From IMG/VR virus record IMGVR_UViG_3300028534_000001, positions 196,338 to 222,650 of that record: a stretch of 26,313 bases of DNA; one strand, written 5' to 3'. Shown here one piece after another: positions 1 to 8,756 of this stretch. The first letter of the stretch is position 1. Every line of letters begins with the position of its first letter. The notes under the pieces were generated by a model. It did no database searches and was not told where the DNA came from. It saw only the letters and a program-made list of their open reading frames with translations. Made by a program: the position numbers and the translations under genes. Origin of the DNA: a virus. Taxonomy: Duplodnaviria; Heunggongvirae; Uroviricota; Caudoviricetes.

Positions 1-414
1 TTTAATAAATCCTAAAAAATAATATTTTGCTCCACATTTAAATTGATATAATGAACCTACATCTTTATAAGTGATATTTTTTAAAGATATTTCACTTTCA
101 ACTATAGAACCATATTTTTTAATCCATTTTTCGTAGTCTTCTTTTGAATAAAGTTTTCTATCTTGTCCAATTATCCATTCACCTTCAAGTTTTAAACCAT
201 TTATTTTTGCTTTATAATTTTTTAGAAGTTCTAATAAAGTGAATACATTACATCCACTTATTTTTTGATTTAATTTTTTACTATAATAAGTAATATCTGA
301 ACTTGAATTATAACTCTCAGGTAAAATTTCCCAATCGTCGGATATAGCAGGTGTTATCTTTTTCTTTCTACTTGTAAATTCTTTAAAAAGTTTTGGGTTT
401 ATATAACAATACAT
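1..414 (-). CDS. hypothetical protein, 3' end runs off the window (not in ORF track)
   Basis: Manual translation from ATG at 414 (RBS AAGGAG) is open to base 1: MYCYINPKLFKEFTSRKKKITPAISDDWEILPE...YQFKCGAKYYFLGFIK. Confidence 0.8.
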   Translation of the reverse strand, partial: MYCYINPKLFKEFTSRKKKITPAISDDWEILPESYNSSSDITYYSKKLNQKISGCNVFTLLELLKNYKAKINGLKLEGEWIIGQDRKLYSKEDYEKWIKKYGSIVESEISLKNITYKDVGSLYQFKCGAKYYFLGFIK

Positions 415-423
415 TTTTACTCC

Positions 424-660
424 TTATTTATTAACACATTTTGTTATTTTTAATGATGGAACATTATAACAAAAATTTATATTACAATCTTTATTATAAT
501 ATTCTTTAACTATTCTTTTTACATTTAAAATATCAAATTCAATTTGTTTATCAATTATTTTATTATAAATACTATAATTATATTTTTTATTAAAGTATTC
601 TTCAAGTTTTAAAAGATATTCATCTAATGTATCAGGTAATTTAGTATTTACATTTATCAT
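424..660 (-). CDS. hypothetical protein
   Basis: 78 aa ORF, AGGA RBS, co-oriented with neighbours. Confidence 0.7.
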   Translation of the reverse strand: MINVNTKLPDTLDEYLLKLEEYFNKKYNYSIYNKIIDKQIEFDILNVKRIVKEYYNKDCNINFCYNVPSLKITKCVNK

Positions 661-674
661 ATAAATATCCTCAA

Positions 675-1241
675 TTAAACTAAAGATGTTCTAAGAATTT
701 TGTTTGTTTCTTTTAAAACTTCTTTTAATTCTTTAATATCTAAAATAATTTCATTTTCTTTTAAGTAATTGAATAAAATTTCAATAACATTATTAACTAT
801 TTTATCATCTCTATAAGATAATTTTTCTTTTACTTTAGGTAACATTGAAGTTGTTATTCTAACAGGTTTATAAGTTGTAATTCTTTTTTCAAATCCTTCA
901 CAATTCCAAGCAATTTCTGAAAGATTTTCAATAGCTAATGTTAAATCATAACAATTTTTTTCAACTAATAAGTCAGCGAATGCAACAAATCCTGTCATTC
1001 TCGCTCCAATATATTTTAATAATTCTCTATTTTCGACATTATAAGGTCTATTTATTATTTCTTTTATTTGCCATTGAGGACCTTCCAAACCTTTTTTATT
1101 ATCTACAACAACTTTTCCTAAAATTTGCCAATTATAGTTTCTTGAACTTTCCCAAAAACCATCACTAAATTGACCAAATAATTCATAGTCTAAAATACTT
1201 TTTACTCTTACATCATTTGTATGAATTGTTGTTTTTTTCAT
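675..1241 (-). CDS. hypothetical protein
   Basis: 188 aa ORF, AAGGAG RBS, first gene after promoter at 1267-1295. Confidence 0.8.
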   Translation of the reverse strand: MKKTTIHTNDVRVKSILDYELFGQFSDGFWESSRNYNWQILGKVVVDNKKGLEGPQWQIKEIINRPYNVENRELLKYIGARMTGFVAFADLLVEKNCYDLTLAIENLSEIAWNCEGFEKRITTYKPVRITTSMLPKVKEKLSYRDDKIVNNVIEILFNYLKENEIILDIKELKEVLKETNKILRTSLV

Positions 1242-1266
1242 GTATAATCTCCTTTTTTATATTATA

Positions 1267-1295
1267 ATTATATCAAATTTTTATTTAAAAGTCAA
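1267..1295 (-). promoter_or_regulatory. sigma70-type early promoter
   Basis: TTGACT-17 bp-TATAAT on minus strand. Confidence 0.85.
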
Positions 1296-1741
1296 GAATT
1301 ATCTTTAATTTCATCTATTCTTTTTAAAATATTTTCGATATTTAATGAATATAAATCTAATTTTGCTTTTACTTCGAAATATTTTTTTCTTTCTTCTTTT
1401 AATTTATTTTCTAAAAAATATAATTCTAATTTATTACCTTTAGATATATTTTTTCCAAAAATTATTTTGATTTTTTTGTTTATTAAATATGAAACAAAAT
1501 TTTCTGGTATTTCATATTCATAATCAGAAAAATCAACTTCTTCTAAATTTTCAAAATTAGAAAACACTTCAATAATTTCTTTATTATCTTCAATTTTTGT
1601 TCCATAAAAAGAAATTGTATAAATATTTTTTTCTATATTTTCCCATGAAGCTTTAAAAATATTACCTAAATTATCAATTCTGTCATAATTTAAACTCCCA
1701 TATAATTTTAAAAATAAATTTTTTTTAATTTCATTATTCAT
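1292..1741 (-). CDS. hypothetical protein
   Basis: 149 aa ORF; TGA stop lies inside the downstream TTGACT -35 box. Confidence 0.75.
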   Translation of the reverse strand: MNNEIKKNLFLKLYGSLNYDRIDNLGNIFKASWENIEKNIYTISFYGTKIEDNKEIIEVFSNFENLEEVDFSDYEYEIPENFVSYLINKKIKIIFGKNISKGNKLELYFLENKLKEERKKYFEVKAKLDLYSLNIENILKRIDEIKDNS

Positions 1742-1773
1742 GATTTTTCCTTCTTGTTTCTTTTTATATTATA

Positions 1774-1802
1774 ATTATATTAAAAAATAAAGAAAAAGTC
1801 AA
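1774..1802 (-). promoter_or_regulatory. sigma70-type early promoter
   Basis: TTGACT-17 bp-TATAAT. Confidence 0.85.
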
Positions 1803-1823
1803 GAAAAAATTATATTTTCTTGA
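1799..1823 (-). terminator. stem-loop overlapping the -35 box, probable intrinsic terminator
   Basis: 9-bp inverted repeat TCAAGAAAA/TTTTCTTGA, 7-nt loop, followed by T-rich run on minus strand. Confidence 0.55.
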
Positions 1824-1837
1824 TTATTTATATGATT

Positions 1838-2086
1838 TTATTCAAAAACCATAATAGTAACATAATTTCTACCTGTACCATGGTAGTCTTGTGTTACTTC
1901 TGCTTCTACATTTTTGTTTAAAACCATTTTATAAGAATCTACAACTACATTTGCAATTGAATTTAATTCATCATCTGAAAATGGTCCAATAGCAACAAAA
2001 TCAATTTCATTGTCTTTCATTTCAAAACCTTTAATAGTAAATAAATCATTTAAAGTTTTAAAGATTACTTTTTTTAATTTATCCAT
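1838..2086 (-). CDS. hypothetical protein
   Basis: 82 aa ORF with AAGGA RBS. Confidence 0.75.
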   Translation of the reverse strand: MDKLKKVIFKTLNDLFTIKGFEMKDNEIDFVAIGPFSDDELNSIANVVVDSYKMVLNKNVEAEVTQDYHGTGRNYVTIMVFE

Positions 2087-2130
2087 AATATTTCCTTTTT
2101 GTATTTTATAAATTTATTAAAAATAAAAAA

Positions 2131-2295
2131 TCAAGAAGACTTTTTTAAATTTTTATATTTTTTATTTAATAATAAAATATATATTTCTTTATGTTTTTTG
2201 ATAATATCATTTATAATATCATCAGACAATTTATCTGAACTTAATAAATCTGCTAAATCTTCATATAATTTTTTAATTTCATCAATTTTTTCCAT
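2131..2295 (-). CDS. small hypothetical protein (not in ORF track)
   Basis: 54 aa MEKIDEIKKLYEDLADLLSSDKLSDDIIND...KKSS; overlaps end of ferritin gene; stop is within a TTGATT box. Confidence 0.55.
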   Translation of the reverse strand: MEKIDEIKKLYEDLADLLSSDKLSDDIINDIIKKHKEIYILLLNKKYKNLKKSS

Positions 2296-2782
2296 TTTGT
2301 TTTATTTCTTTAAGAGATTTTACTAATATACTTTCATTTGTAGGAATATTCCCAAAAATATATTGTAAATCATTAAAATGACCTATTTCATCTCCCATAA
2401 TATCTTCAAAAAATTCTTCTAATTCAACAGCATCATTTTCTCTAGCTAACAATACCATTTCTTTATAATCATTTCTTGCTTGTTCTTCTAGACTTTGGAT
2501 AAATTTAACACATTCAATTAAATCTTTTGGTTCATATTGTGTAACTGTAGTATCAAAATCCACTAACTTTAACTTATCTAAAAATCCGTGATTTCCAGCA
2601 TATGTAATAAGCTCTTTGTAGTGTGTAAATTCTTCACTTGCATGTTCCATTAGTTCTTTTACTACATTAGCAACATCTTTACCTTTTAACTTTTGTGCAA
2701 TTACAATATAACCAGCTGCTGCACTAATTTCATCTCTAATAAATTTATTAAATTTTTCTACTAAAATATTTGTTAAATCCAT
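2282..2782 (-). CDS. ferritin-like (bacterioferritin/rubrerythrin-type diiron) protein
   Basis: Paired diiron motifs DEISA..Y, EEFTH, LEEQA..DY, DEIGHF in a four-helix-bundle-sized ORF. Confidence 0.85.
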   Translation of the reverse strand: MDLTNILVEKFNKFIRDEISAAAGYIVIAQKLKGKDVANVVKELMEHASEEFTHYKELITYAGNHGFLDKLKLVDFDTTVTQYEPKDLIECVKFIQSLEEQARNDYKEMVLLARENDAVELEEFFEDIMGDEIGHFNDLQYIFGNIPTNESILVKSLKEIKQNGKN

Positions 2783-2783
2783 T

Positions 2784-2948
2784 TTATTTTACCTTTTTAT
2801 TTTTATTTAATAAAAATTTAGAAATACGATGATCTTTCATACATTTAAAAAAAGAGTCTTTTTTAAATAAAATTTTATCTAATTCATATCTATTAGGGAT
2901 ATTATCAAATATTTTTAATTTTTTAATTTTTAATTTTATTTTATTCAT
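2784..2948 (-). CDS. small basic hypothetical protein (not in ORF track)
   Basis: 54 aa MNKIKLKIKKLKIFDNIPNRYELDK...; ATGA overlap with upstream stop. Confidence 0.45.
   Translation of the reverse strand: MNKIKLKIKKLKIFDNIPNRYELDKILFKKDSFFKCMKDHRISKFLLNKNKKVK
2792..2812 (-). promoter_or_regulatory. putative late promoter plus RBS
   Basis: TATTAAATA-AAAATAAAAAGG; resembles T4 late TATAAATA; same motif at 7577, 19156, 24482. Confidence 0.45.
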
Positions 2949-3133
2949 AATAAATTCCTAAAAGCATTTATTTCTATTTCTTTGATTTTATTTTCTAAGA
3001 TTTTTCTTTTTTTAATTAAATTTTCAATTTCATTAGAAACTTTTTTATCTTTTAGTATTTTATTATATAAATTTTCAATTTTTTTATTTATTTGATCAAT
3101 TTCATTTTGGTATTTTAATTTTAAATCTTTCAT
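2945..3133 (-). CDS. hypothetical coiled-coil protein
   Basis: 62 aa, AAGGAG RBS. Confidence 0.65.
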   Translation of the reverse strand: MKDLKLKYQNEIDQINKKIENLYNKILKDKKVSNEIENLIKKRKILENKIKEIEINAFRNLL

Positions 3134-3142
3134 ATTAACTCC

Positions 3143-3877
3143 TTAGTCGTCTGAACTATAAGCAATTACATTTATAGTTTTATCTTTGAAATTAGGAATA
3201 GCTGTTATTCCACATGTATGACCAAAACATTTTTCTTCAGTATGAACACCATATTTTTTTAATTCACTTTCACTAAATCCTATTTTTTTTAAAAAATCTT
3301 TTCTATCATCAACAATATGATAGTAAGTGTATCTATCAAATTCATTTGCATCTACCATTTTTTGATAAACGTCTTTGTATTTATCACTTCTTACTAATTT
3401 AGTTGCATTTAAAATTAAACAAGTTTTAACTTCAATTAAATAATTTTTATATTCAGTTTCTAAATTTTTCATTACTTGTTTTAAATCAATAGCATCTAAA
3501 ATTCTAACAGTATCTAAACCTTTTTTCTTATTAGCTCTTCTTACAACATCATTATTAGAAGAAAAAAACATTTTATTTGGACTAAAAGTAATTGTATAAG
3601 TAAATTTTTTGCCTTGGAATTCACCTTTTAATTTAATAATTTTATTTATTAAACATTTTTTTTCAATTTTTTTTAAATCTTTAGAAATTTTTTTATTAAA
3701 TTCTTCTCTTTCACCATAAATATAATATTCACCTTCTGTAATAAAACCTTTAACACAAGCAACTTCATTAGTATCTGTAATATCTAAATCTTCTAATTCT
3801 TCTATTGATAAATTTTTAATTTTATATTTAATTTCTTCTAAAGATTTTCTATATGTATCTAATTTAATGAATGTCAT
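3143..3877 (-). CDS. hypothetical protein
   Basis: 244 aa, AAGGAG RBS, first gene after promoter 3904-3932. Confidence 0.8.
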   Translation of the reverse strand: MTFIKLDTYRKSLEEIKYKIKNLSIEELEDLDITDTNEVACVKGFITEGEYYIYGEREEFNKKISKDLKKIEKKCLINKIIKLKGEFQGKKFTYTITFSPNKMFFSSNNDVVRRANKKKGLDTVRILDAIDLKQVMKNLETEYKNYLIEVKTCLILNATKLVRSDKYKDVYQKMVDANEFDRYTYYHIVDDRKDFLKKIGFSESELKKYGVHTEEKCFGHTCGITAIPNFKDKTINVIAYSSDD

Positions 3878-3903
3878 TTGAACTCCTTATTTTTTATAAT
3901 ATA

Positions 3904-3932
3904 ATTATATCAAAAATAAGAAGAAAAGTCAA
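3904..3932 (-). promoter_or_regulatory. sigma70-type early promoter
   Basis: TTGACT-17 bp-TATAAT. Confidence 0.85.
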
Positions 3933-3968
3933 GAAAAATTATTTATTTTTTAAAAATTTTAAATAAAA

Positions 3969-4232
3969 TTATTTTAATTCCATAATTTTAATAATATATT
4001 TGTATTTTGCTTCAATAATATCATCTGTATATAATTTATCAATAATATTTCCATTTAAAGTAATAGCATAATTACCACTTTTTAAAAGATTTAATTTATA
4101 AGGAATTTTATTTTTAATAAAAATAAACATTTCACAAATCAATTCTTTGTTATAATTTTTTTTATATGTTTGATTATTTTCATCTATATTATCATCAAAA
4201 ATTATATCTATAATATCATTAAAATCCATCAT
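3969..4232 (-). CDS. hypothetical protein
   Basis: Start moved to 4232 (MMDFNDII) because AAAGGAGTTAAA lies directly upstream. Confidence 0.7.
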   Translation of the reverse strand: MMDFNDIIDIIFDDNIDENNQTYKKNYNKELICEMFIFIKNKIPYKLNLLKSGNYAITLNGNIIDKLYTDDIIEAKYKYIIKIMELK

Positions 4233-4242
4233 TTTAACTCCT

Positions 4243-4803
4243 TTAATTTTCATTTTGATAATTTCCAGTCCATTTAGGTATTTCAGATATTTTTATTTTT
4301 TTAAATTTTTTATTCTTTTTAATTGCTAATAAAGCTTTTTGTCTTGCAGAAAAATCATCTTTTCTTCCTTCTTTATCTAATTTTGCTAATGTATTTTTAA
4401 AATCAATATAAAAATATGGGTCAAATCCATATCCTCTTATTTTTCCATCAACTTTATATGGATTTCCAATTGTTCCTTCAATTACTCCTTTATATAAAGT
4501 AATATATTTTCCATCATTATAAGCAAAAGTAACTATCCATTTTGCTTTTTTTCCAATATATTTTTGTAAATCATCAATTAGCCATTTAATTTCAACTAGT
4601 TCTTCCCATTTTTTATTATTTTTAATTTCAAGAATTGTATCTTCAATTACAAATCCTTTTCCTGCTTCTAAAGCTTTATAAATAGCAACTTCTTCACTTG
4701 TTCCTTTTACTTCTTTTAAATCTTTTCCTTTTACAATTTCTACATTAGGTAAAATTCTTTTTATTTCTTTAATTTTAAATTCATTACTTGTTACAAATTT
4801 CAT
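4243..4803 (-). CDS. Ham1/ITPase-family non-canonical purine NTP pyrophosphatase
   Basis: FVTSNxxKxxE, E..G..EE.A..KA, catalytic EDT, IKW, GYGFDPYF, SAR (SHR-like) motifs. Confidence 0.9.
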   Translation of the reverse strand: MKFVTSNEFKIKEIKRILPNVEIVKGKDLKEVKGTSEEVAIYKALEAGKGFVIEDTILEIKNNKKWEELVEIKWLIDDLQKYIGKKAKWIVTFAYNDGKYITLYKGVIEGTIGNPYKVDGKIRGYGFDPYFYIDFKNTLAKLDKEGRKDDFSARQKALLAIKKNKKFKKIKISEIPKWTGNYQNEN

Positions 4804-4830
4804 GTTTTTCCTTTTATTATTTATATTGTA

Positions 4831-4859
4831 ATTATATTGAATTTTATAAAAAAAGTCAA
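4831..4859 (-). promoter_or_regulatory. sigma70-type early promoter
   Basis: TTGACT-17 bp-TATAAT. Confidence 0.85.
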
Positions 4860-4868
4860 GAAAAAAGA

Positions 4869-5954
4869 TTATAAATATTTTTTATAATCAATTTTTTTAA
4901 TAGGTTTTAATTTAGTAACTACGACAAAATCATCATTATCATAAATTAGTTTATCACCTTCTTGATATTTTAAATTATAATTATCTAAATAAGATGAAAA
5001 TTTATAATTTTTCTTTAAATTTTCATATTCTTCTTTTTTAATACTACTTTCAATATAAATTTCATCATATTTTTTTAAATCATTTATAATAGTTAATTCT
5101 TTATTTGATTCTTTATGAATTATACTTAAAATAATTTCATTTTCATTATTATCAAATCTTTCTACATTTAATGTTTCAATAATTTCTTCTAATGTTTCAT
5201 TATATCTTATTTTTTCTTCAACAATAGCTTTCAAAATATCAAAACTAAATGTAGATACTCTTCTACTATAATCAATTAAATCTTCAATAAATTTTTCATC
5301 TTTAATATTTTTATCATTTAAAAATTCTTTAATAGCATTTTCTTCTAAATTAGAATATTCAAATCTATAATAAAATCTTCCTGGTCTATCAATTAGAAAA
5401 TCATTTAATCTATGTTTGTCATTTTCTAATACAATATATAAAATTTTATTATTTGTACTTGCACTAAATGCTCCATCAAACATTGTCAAAAGTTTTTCTT
5501 GATAATTAGGTTCATCAGGGTCACTAGCATAAGTTTTAGCAAATTCATCAAAAATTACAACACAATCCCCTAATTTATTGATAAAACTCATAAAATCATC
5601 ACCAATAAAACCTTCTTGTACTAAAATAACAGGTTTATTGTCTTCTATCATTTTATTAGCAATAGTTTGAGATAATAATGATTTACCACTACCTTTATCA
5701 CCTACTAAAATAACACCTGTATTAACTTCTCTTTTATTATATGTATCTATAATTTTTTTAGCTCTTTTTGTAGTATTACCATAAATTTTTTTAGGTAAAA
5801 TAAATTTATCTGCTGAATATTTAAGAAAAAATCCAGTATATTTATTATAACTAACAATATAAATTTTTGGTTCTAATTTATTTTTTACTTGTTTTTCGTC
5901 AAATTCAAATACATTTACAATACCATTTGAATGATTATATTTTACTTGTTTCAA
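4869..5954 (-). CDS. AAA+ family ATPase
   Basis: Walker A GDKGSGKS, Walker B VVIFDE, arginine-finger region DRPGRF; TTG start behind AAGGAG. Confidence 0.9.
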   Translation of the reverse strand: MKQVKYNHSNGIVNVFEFDEKQVKNKLEPKIYIVSYNKYTGFFLKYSADKFILPKKIYGNTTKRAKKIIDTYNKREVNTGVILVGDKGSGKSLLSQTIANKMIEDNKPVILVQEGFIGDDFMSFINKLGDCVVIFDEFAKTYASDPDEPNYQEKLLTMFDGAFSASTNNKILYIVLENDKHRLNDFLIDRPGRFYYRFEYSNLEENAIKEFLNDKNIKDEKFIEDLIDYSRRVSTFSFDILKAIVEEKIRYNETLEEIIETLNVERFDNNENEIILSIIHKESNKELTIINDLKKYDEIYIESSIKKEEYENLKKNYKFSSYLDNYNLKYQEGDKLIYDNDDFVVVTKLKPIKKIDYKKYL

Positions 5955-5999
5955 TTATTTCTCCTTTATTTTATAATATTATTAAAAAATAATAAAAAA

Positions 6000-6695
6000 T
6001 CAACTAATTTTAATATTATTTTTTCTTTTTTCTTGTTCTTTTAAATCTTTATGATATCTATACATATAAACAAAATCATATTTTTTGAACATTTTTAATT
6101 TAGAAATTTGATATATAAATAATATTATACCTACTATAGATAAAGCTAATATTGAAATTCCATAACTAAAAAATCCAGTTAAAATAGCTGATAATGTAAA
6201 TGCTACTATTTCTACTTCAGATATTATTATCATTCTATAATTTTGGAATGATGAATAACTTTCAGGTTCAAAATAATGAATATAATTTGAAAAAGTATTT
6301 GATAATGCCCAATATACAGCAGCATCAAAAATACTTATAAAAGAATCTATCCAAACAAACAATGATGGTGAATAAAAATATAATAATCCACTAATTATAA
6401 ATAATGAATTTAAAATTATACTTAATAAATATAAATTAGAAAATTTGACATTTTTCATTAACCAAGGTGAAATTTTAACTATAGCAATACTTGCTATAGA
6501 AAATAAAGCTATTATTGTCGCTGGACTTAATCCAAAAATTGTTAAATAAATTCCTTTTAAAGAAGTTATAATAGGCATATATAAATTTATTATAAATAAA
6601 AATATTACTAATCCTACTAATCTTACTTGTGTTATTTCACTAAAAGAATAAAATTCTTTTTTGTGATTTTTAAAATATTTTTTTAAAATTTTCAT
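6000..6695 (-). CDS. half-size (about 6 TM) MFS-like membrane protein
   Basis: About six hydrophobic segments; GLS..I....SI...I..P.L.K pattern resembles MFS TM2-TM3. Confidence 0.55.
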   Translation of the reverse strand: MKILKKYFKNHKKEFYSFSEITQVRLVGLVIFLFIINLYMPIITSLKGIYLTIFGLSPATIIALFSIASIAIVKISPWLMKNVKFSNLYLLSIILNSLFIISGLLYFYSPSLFVWIDSFISIFDAAVYWALSNTFSNYIHYFEPESYSSFQNYRMIIISEVEIVAFTLSAILTGFFSYGISILALSIVGIILFIYQISKLKMFKKYDFVYMYRYHKDLKEQEKRKNNIKIS

Positions 6696-6696
6696 T

Positions 6697-6927
6697 TTAC
6701 CAAGGATTTATAGTAAATAATTTTTTGTGGATTTTAGATATCATTTTTTTAATATCTTTTTCTAATTCTTTTTCATTTTCATATTCTTGACAATCAAATA
6801 AATATCTATTTAAATTATCTAAATTATCAATTTCTAAATTCATTAAAGCATTTTTAATTAAAACTAATTCTCTATGATTTAATTTTAATCTAATATCATC
6901 TATTTCATCTTTAATTTTTACTTTCAT
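6697..6927 (-). CDS. hypothetical protein
   Basis: 76 aa, AAGGAG RBS. Confidence 0.7.
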   Translation of the reverse strand: MKVKIKDEIDDIRLKLNHRELVLIKNALMNLEIDNLDNLNRYLFDCQEYENEKELEKDIKKMISKIHKKLFTINPW

Positions 6928-6937
6928 ATTTACTCCT

Positions 6938-7063
6938 TTATAATTTTTTATTTAATGATTTAATAATTTTTTCTAATTCTTCTTTCATTTTTTGTTTTTC
7001 TTCAGGAGATTTTTTATTCATTTCTTCTTCTAATTGTTTTAAAATTTTTTTAATATCTGTCAT
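6938..7063 (-). CDS. small helical hypothetical protein (not in ORF track)
   Basis: 41 aa MTDIKKILKQLEEEMNKKSPEEKQKMKEELEKIIKSLNKKL; AAGGAGTTAAA RBS. Confidence 0.7.
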   Translation of the reverse strand: MTDIKKILKQLEEEMNKKSPEEKQKMKEELEKIIKSLNKKL

Positions 7064-7087
7064 TTTAACTCCTTATAAATATTTTAT

Positions 7088-7570
7088 TTATGAATTTTTT
7101 ACTTCTTCTAAAATATTTTTTAAAATATTTTTATTGAAATAACTTTCTGTAAATTCTACATTTTCTACATCAAAAAATTTTAAAATATCTTTTTTAATAT
7201 ATTTTTTAAAGTCTTTTGAAATGCTTACAAATTTATACACCATACCTACGCCTTGACTAATTTTACCATTTTGATATTTTAATGTTTTTGCTAATAAAGA
7301 TCTATCATTATGTGTTTCAAATTTTAAATTTTGTTTAGATATAAGAAAATCTATTAAAATAGTATTTTTATCAAAAATTGTATATTCAATCCATATAGGA
7401 CTTTTTATTTTAAAATTTTTATTATAATCTGATAAATATTTTTCTATTTCAAATTCACCTTTTGTTTCATATACAATTTTTTCCATATTTGGAGAACTGA
7501 AATCACCATCAACTTTTTTCCATTTTTTAATATTTATTGTTTTGTTTATTGCTTCTTTTAATAATTCCAT
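7088..7570 (-). CDS. hypothetical protein with LKEAI leader variant
   Basis: 160 aa; starts MELLKEAINK; TATTAAATA motif upstream. Confidence 0.75.
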   Translation of the reverse strand: MELLKEAINKTINIKKWKKVDGDFSSPNMEKIVYETKGEFEIEKYLSDYNKNFKIKSPIWIEYTIFDKNTILIDFLISKQNLKFETHNDRSLLAKTLKYQNGKISQGVGMVYKFVSISKDFKKYIKKDILKFFDVENVEFTESYFNKNILKNILEEVKNS

Positions 7571-7576
7571 AAATAT

Positions 7577-7596
7577 CCTTTTTGAATTATTTAATA
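7577..7596 (-). promoter_or_regulatory. putative late promoter plus RBS
   Basis: TATTAAATA-ATTCAAAAAGG. Confidence 0.45.
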
Positions 7597-7598
7597 AA

Positions 7599-7736
7599 TT
7601 ATATATTATTTACTAATTCTTTTAACTCTTTAATAATATCTTTAACATCATCATAAGATATATCAACACCATCTTCTTCAACAATTTTATTGATGTATAT
7701 ATGCATATCACTTAAATAGTCTAATAATTCAATCAT
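7599..7736 (-). CDS. small acidic hypothetical protein (not in ORF track)
   Basis: 45 aa MIELLDYLSDMHIYINKIVEEDGVDISYDDVKDIIKELKELVNNI; weak RBS. Confidence 0.5.
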   Translation of the reverse strand: MIELLDYLSDMHIYINKIVEEDGVDISYDDVKDIIKELKELVNNI

Positions 7737-7755
7737 CCATAATATTTTTTTTTAG

Positions 7756-8448
7756 TTATAACATTTCCTTTATATCAGATAAAGTTAAAATTTTTTCTTT
7801 TCCTGTATGATAAAATTTCCATTCAACTTTATTTATAACTTCTTTATATACATTTTTAAAATCATCTAAACACATATGAACACTGTTATATGAATTTTGA
7901 TGTAAATTTAAATCGTGATAAACAATTAAATTTTTATCTTTATTTTGTTTAATTTTTTCTAAAATTGAATATGATGCTTTTGCATCTCCACTTATAATAA
8001 TATTATTCTTTTTTAGATATAAACCATAACAATTAAATTGTCCGTGATTTACTTCAAATGTTTCTATATAATCATTTTCTTTAGCTTCAATAAAAATACA
8101 ATATTCATCTATTTTAATAATTTCACCATTAACATATATACTATTAAATTTATCTTTAAAAATAATTTTTAATTCTTCTAAAACTTTCTTACCAGCTAAT
8201 ACATAAGTTTTTAAATTATGTACAAAAAAATTGTAATATACTAATCTTTCCAAATCTGCAATATGATCAAAATGAGTATGAGTAATAAATATTTGTTGGA
8301 TTTTTTTATCTTTTACTTGTTCAAAAATACCATTACCACAATCTATTAAAAATAATCCATTTGATAAAGGTTCAATCAAAAAATCAACTTCTATTAAAAA
8401 TGAACTAGATACTTTATCAAATGCTCCTCCATTACCTAAAATTTCCAT
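7756..8448 (-). CDS. metallo-beta-lactamase-fold hydrolase, Apyc1-like (candidate anti-Pycsar cNMP phosphodiesterase)
   Basis: LGNGGAF, LIDCG, ITHTHFDHI, LExxxYYNFFV, NH, SGD, YHD, VHMCLDD, final H; motif order matches Apyc1 as I recall it. Confidence 0.8.
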   Translation of the reverse strand: MEILGNGGAFDKVSSSFLIEVDFLIEPLSNGLFLIDCGNGIFEQVKDKKIQQIFITHTHFDHIADLERLVYYNFFVHNLKTYVLAGKKVLEELKIIFKDKFNSIYVNGEIIKIDEYCIFIEAKENDYIETFEVNHGQFNCYGLYLKKNNIIISGDAKASYSILEKIKQNKDKNLIVYHDLNLHQNSYNSVHMCLDDFKNVYKEVINKVEWKFYHTGKEKILTLSDIKEML

Positions 8449-8479
8449 ATTAACTCCTAATACAATAAAATTTTATATT

Positions 8480-8737
8480 TTATTTTATTGTACTTGATTT
8501 TGAAATTTTAAAAATTATACCATCTGTTTCTAAATTTTTAAGTAAAAAATGAATAACTTCAACTGTATTTTTAAAAATTTTGTCTGGAGAATGATATTGA
8601 ACTTCACCAGCATTTTTAATGAATGAAACAATAATTTTTTCATTTTTAATTTCATCTTCTACTTTAATTTTACAATATTTTCCATCTTTATTCCAAAATT
8701 TATAATAACCATTTGTTTTATTATATTTCATATTCAT
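8480..8737 (-). CDS. hypothetical protein
   Basis: 85 aa, AAGGAG RBS. Confidence 0.7.
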   Translation of the reverse strand: MNMKYNKTNGYYKFWNKDGKYCKIKVEDEIKNEKIIVSFIKNAGEVQYHSPDKIFKNTVEVIHFLLKNLETDGIIFKISKSSTIK

Positions 8738-8756
8738 TTATTCTCCTTTTTATAAA

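Noticed and set aside
2843-2868. Inverted repeat ATTTAAAAAAAGA/TCTTTTTTAAAT
   Set aside because: Almost all A/T, bulged and inside a probable ORF; expected by chance
7745-7753. T9 homopolymer as a phase-variable or frameshift site
   Set aside because: The upstream gene stops before it and no single-base slip yields a started fusion
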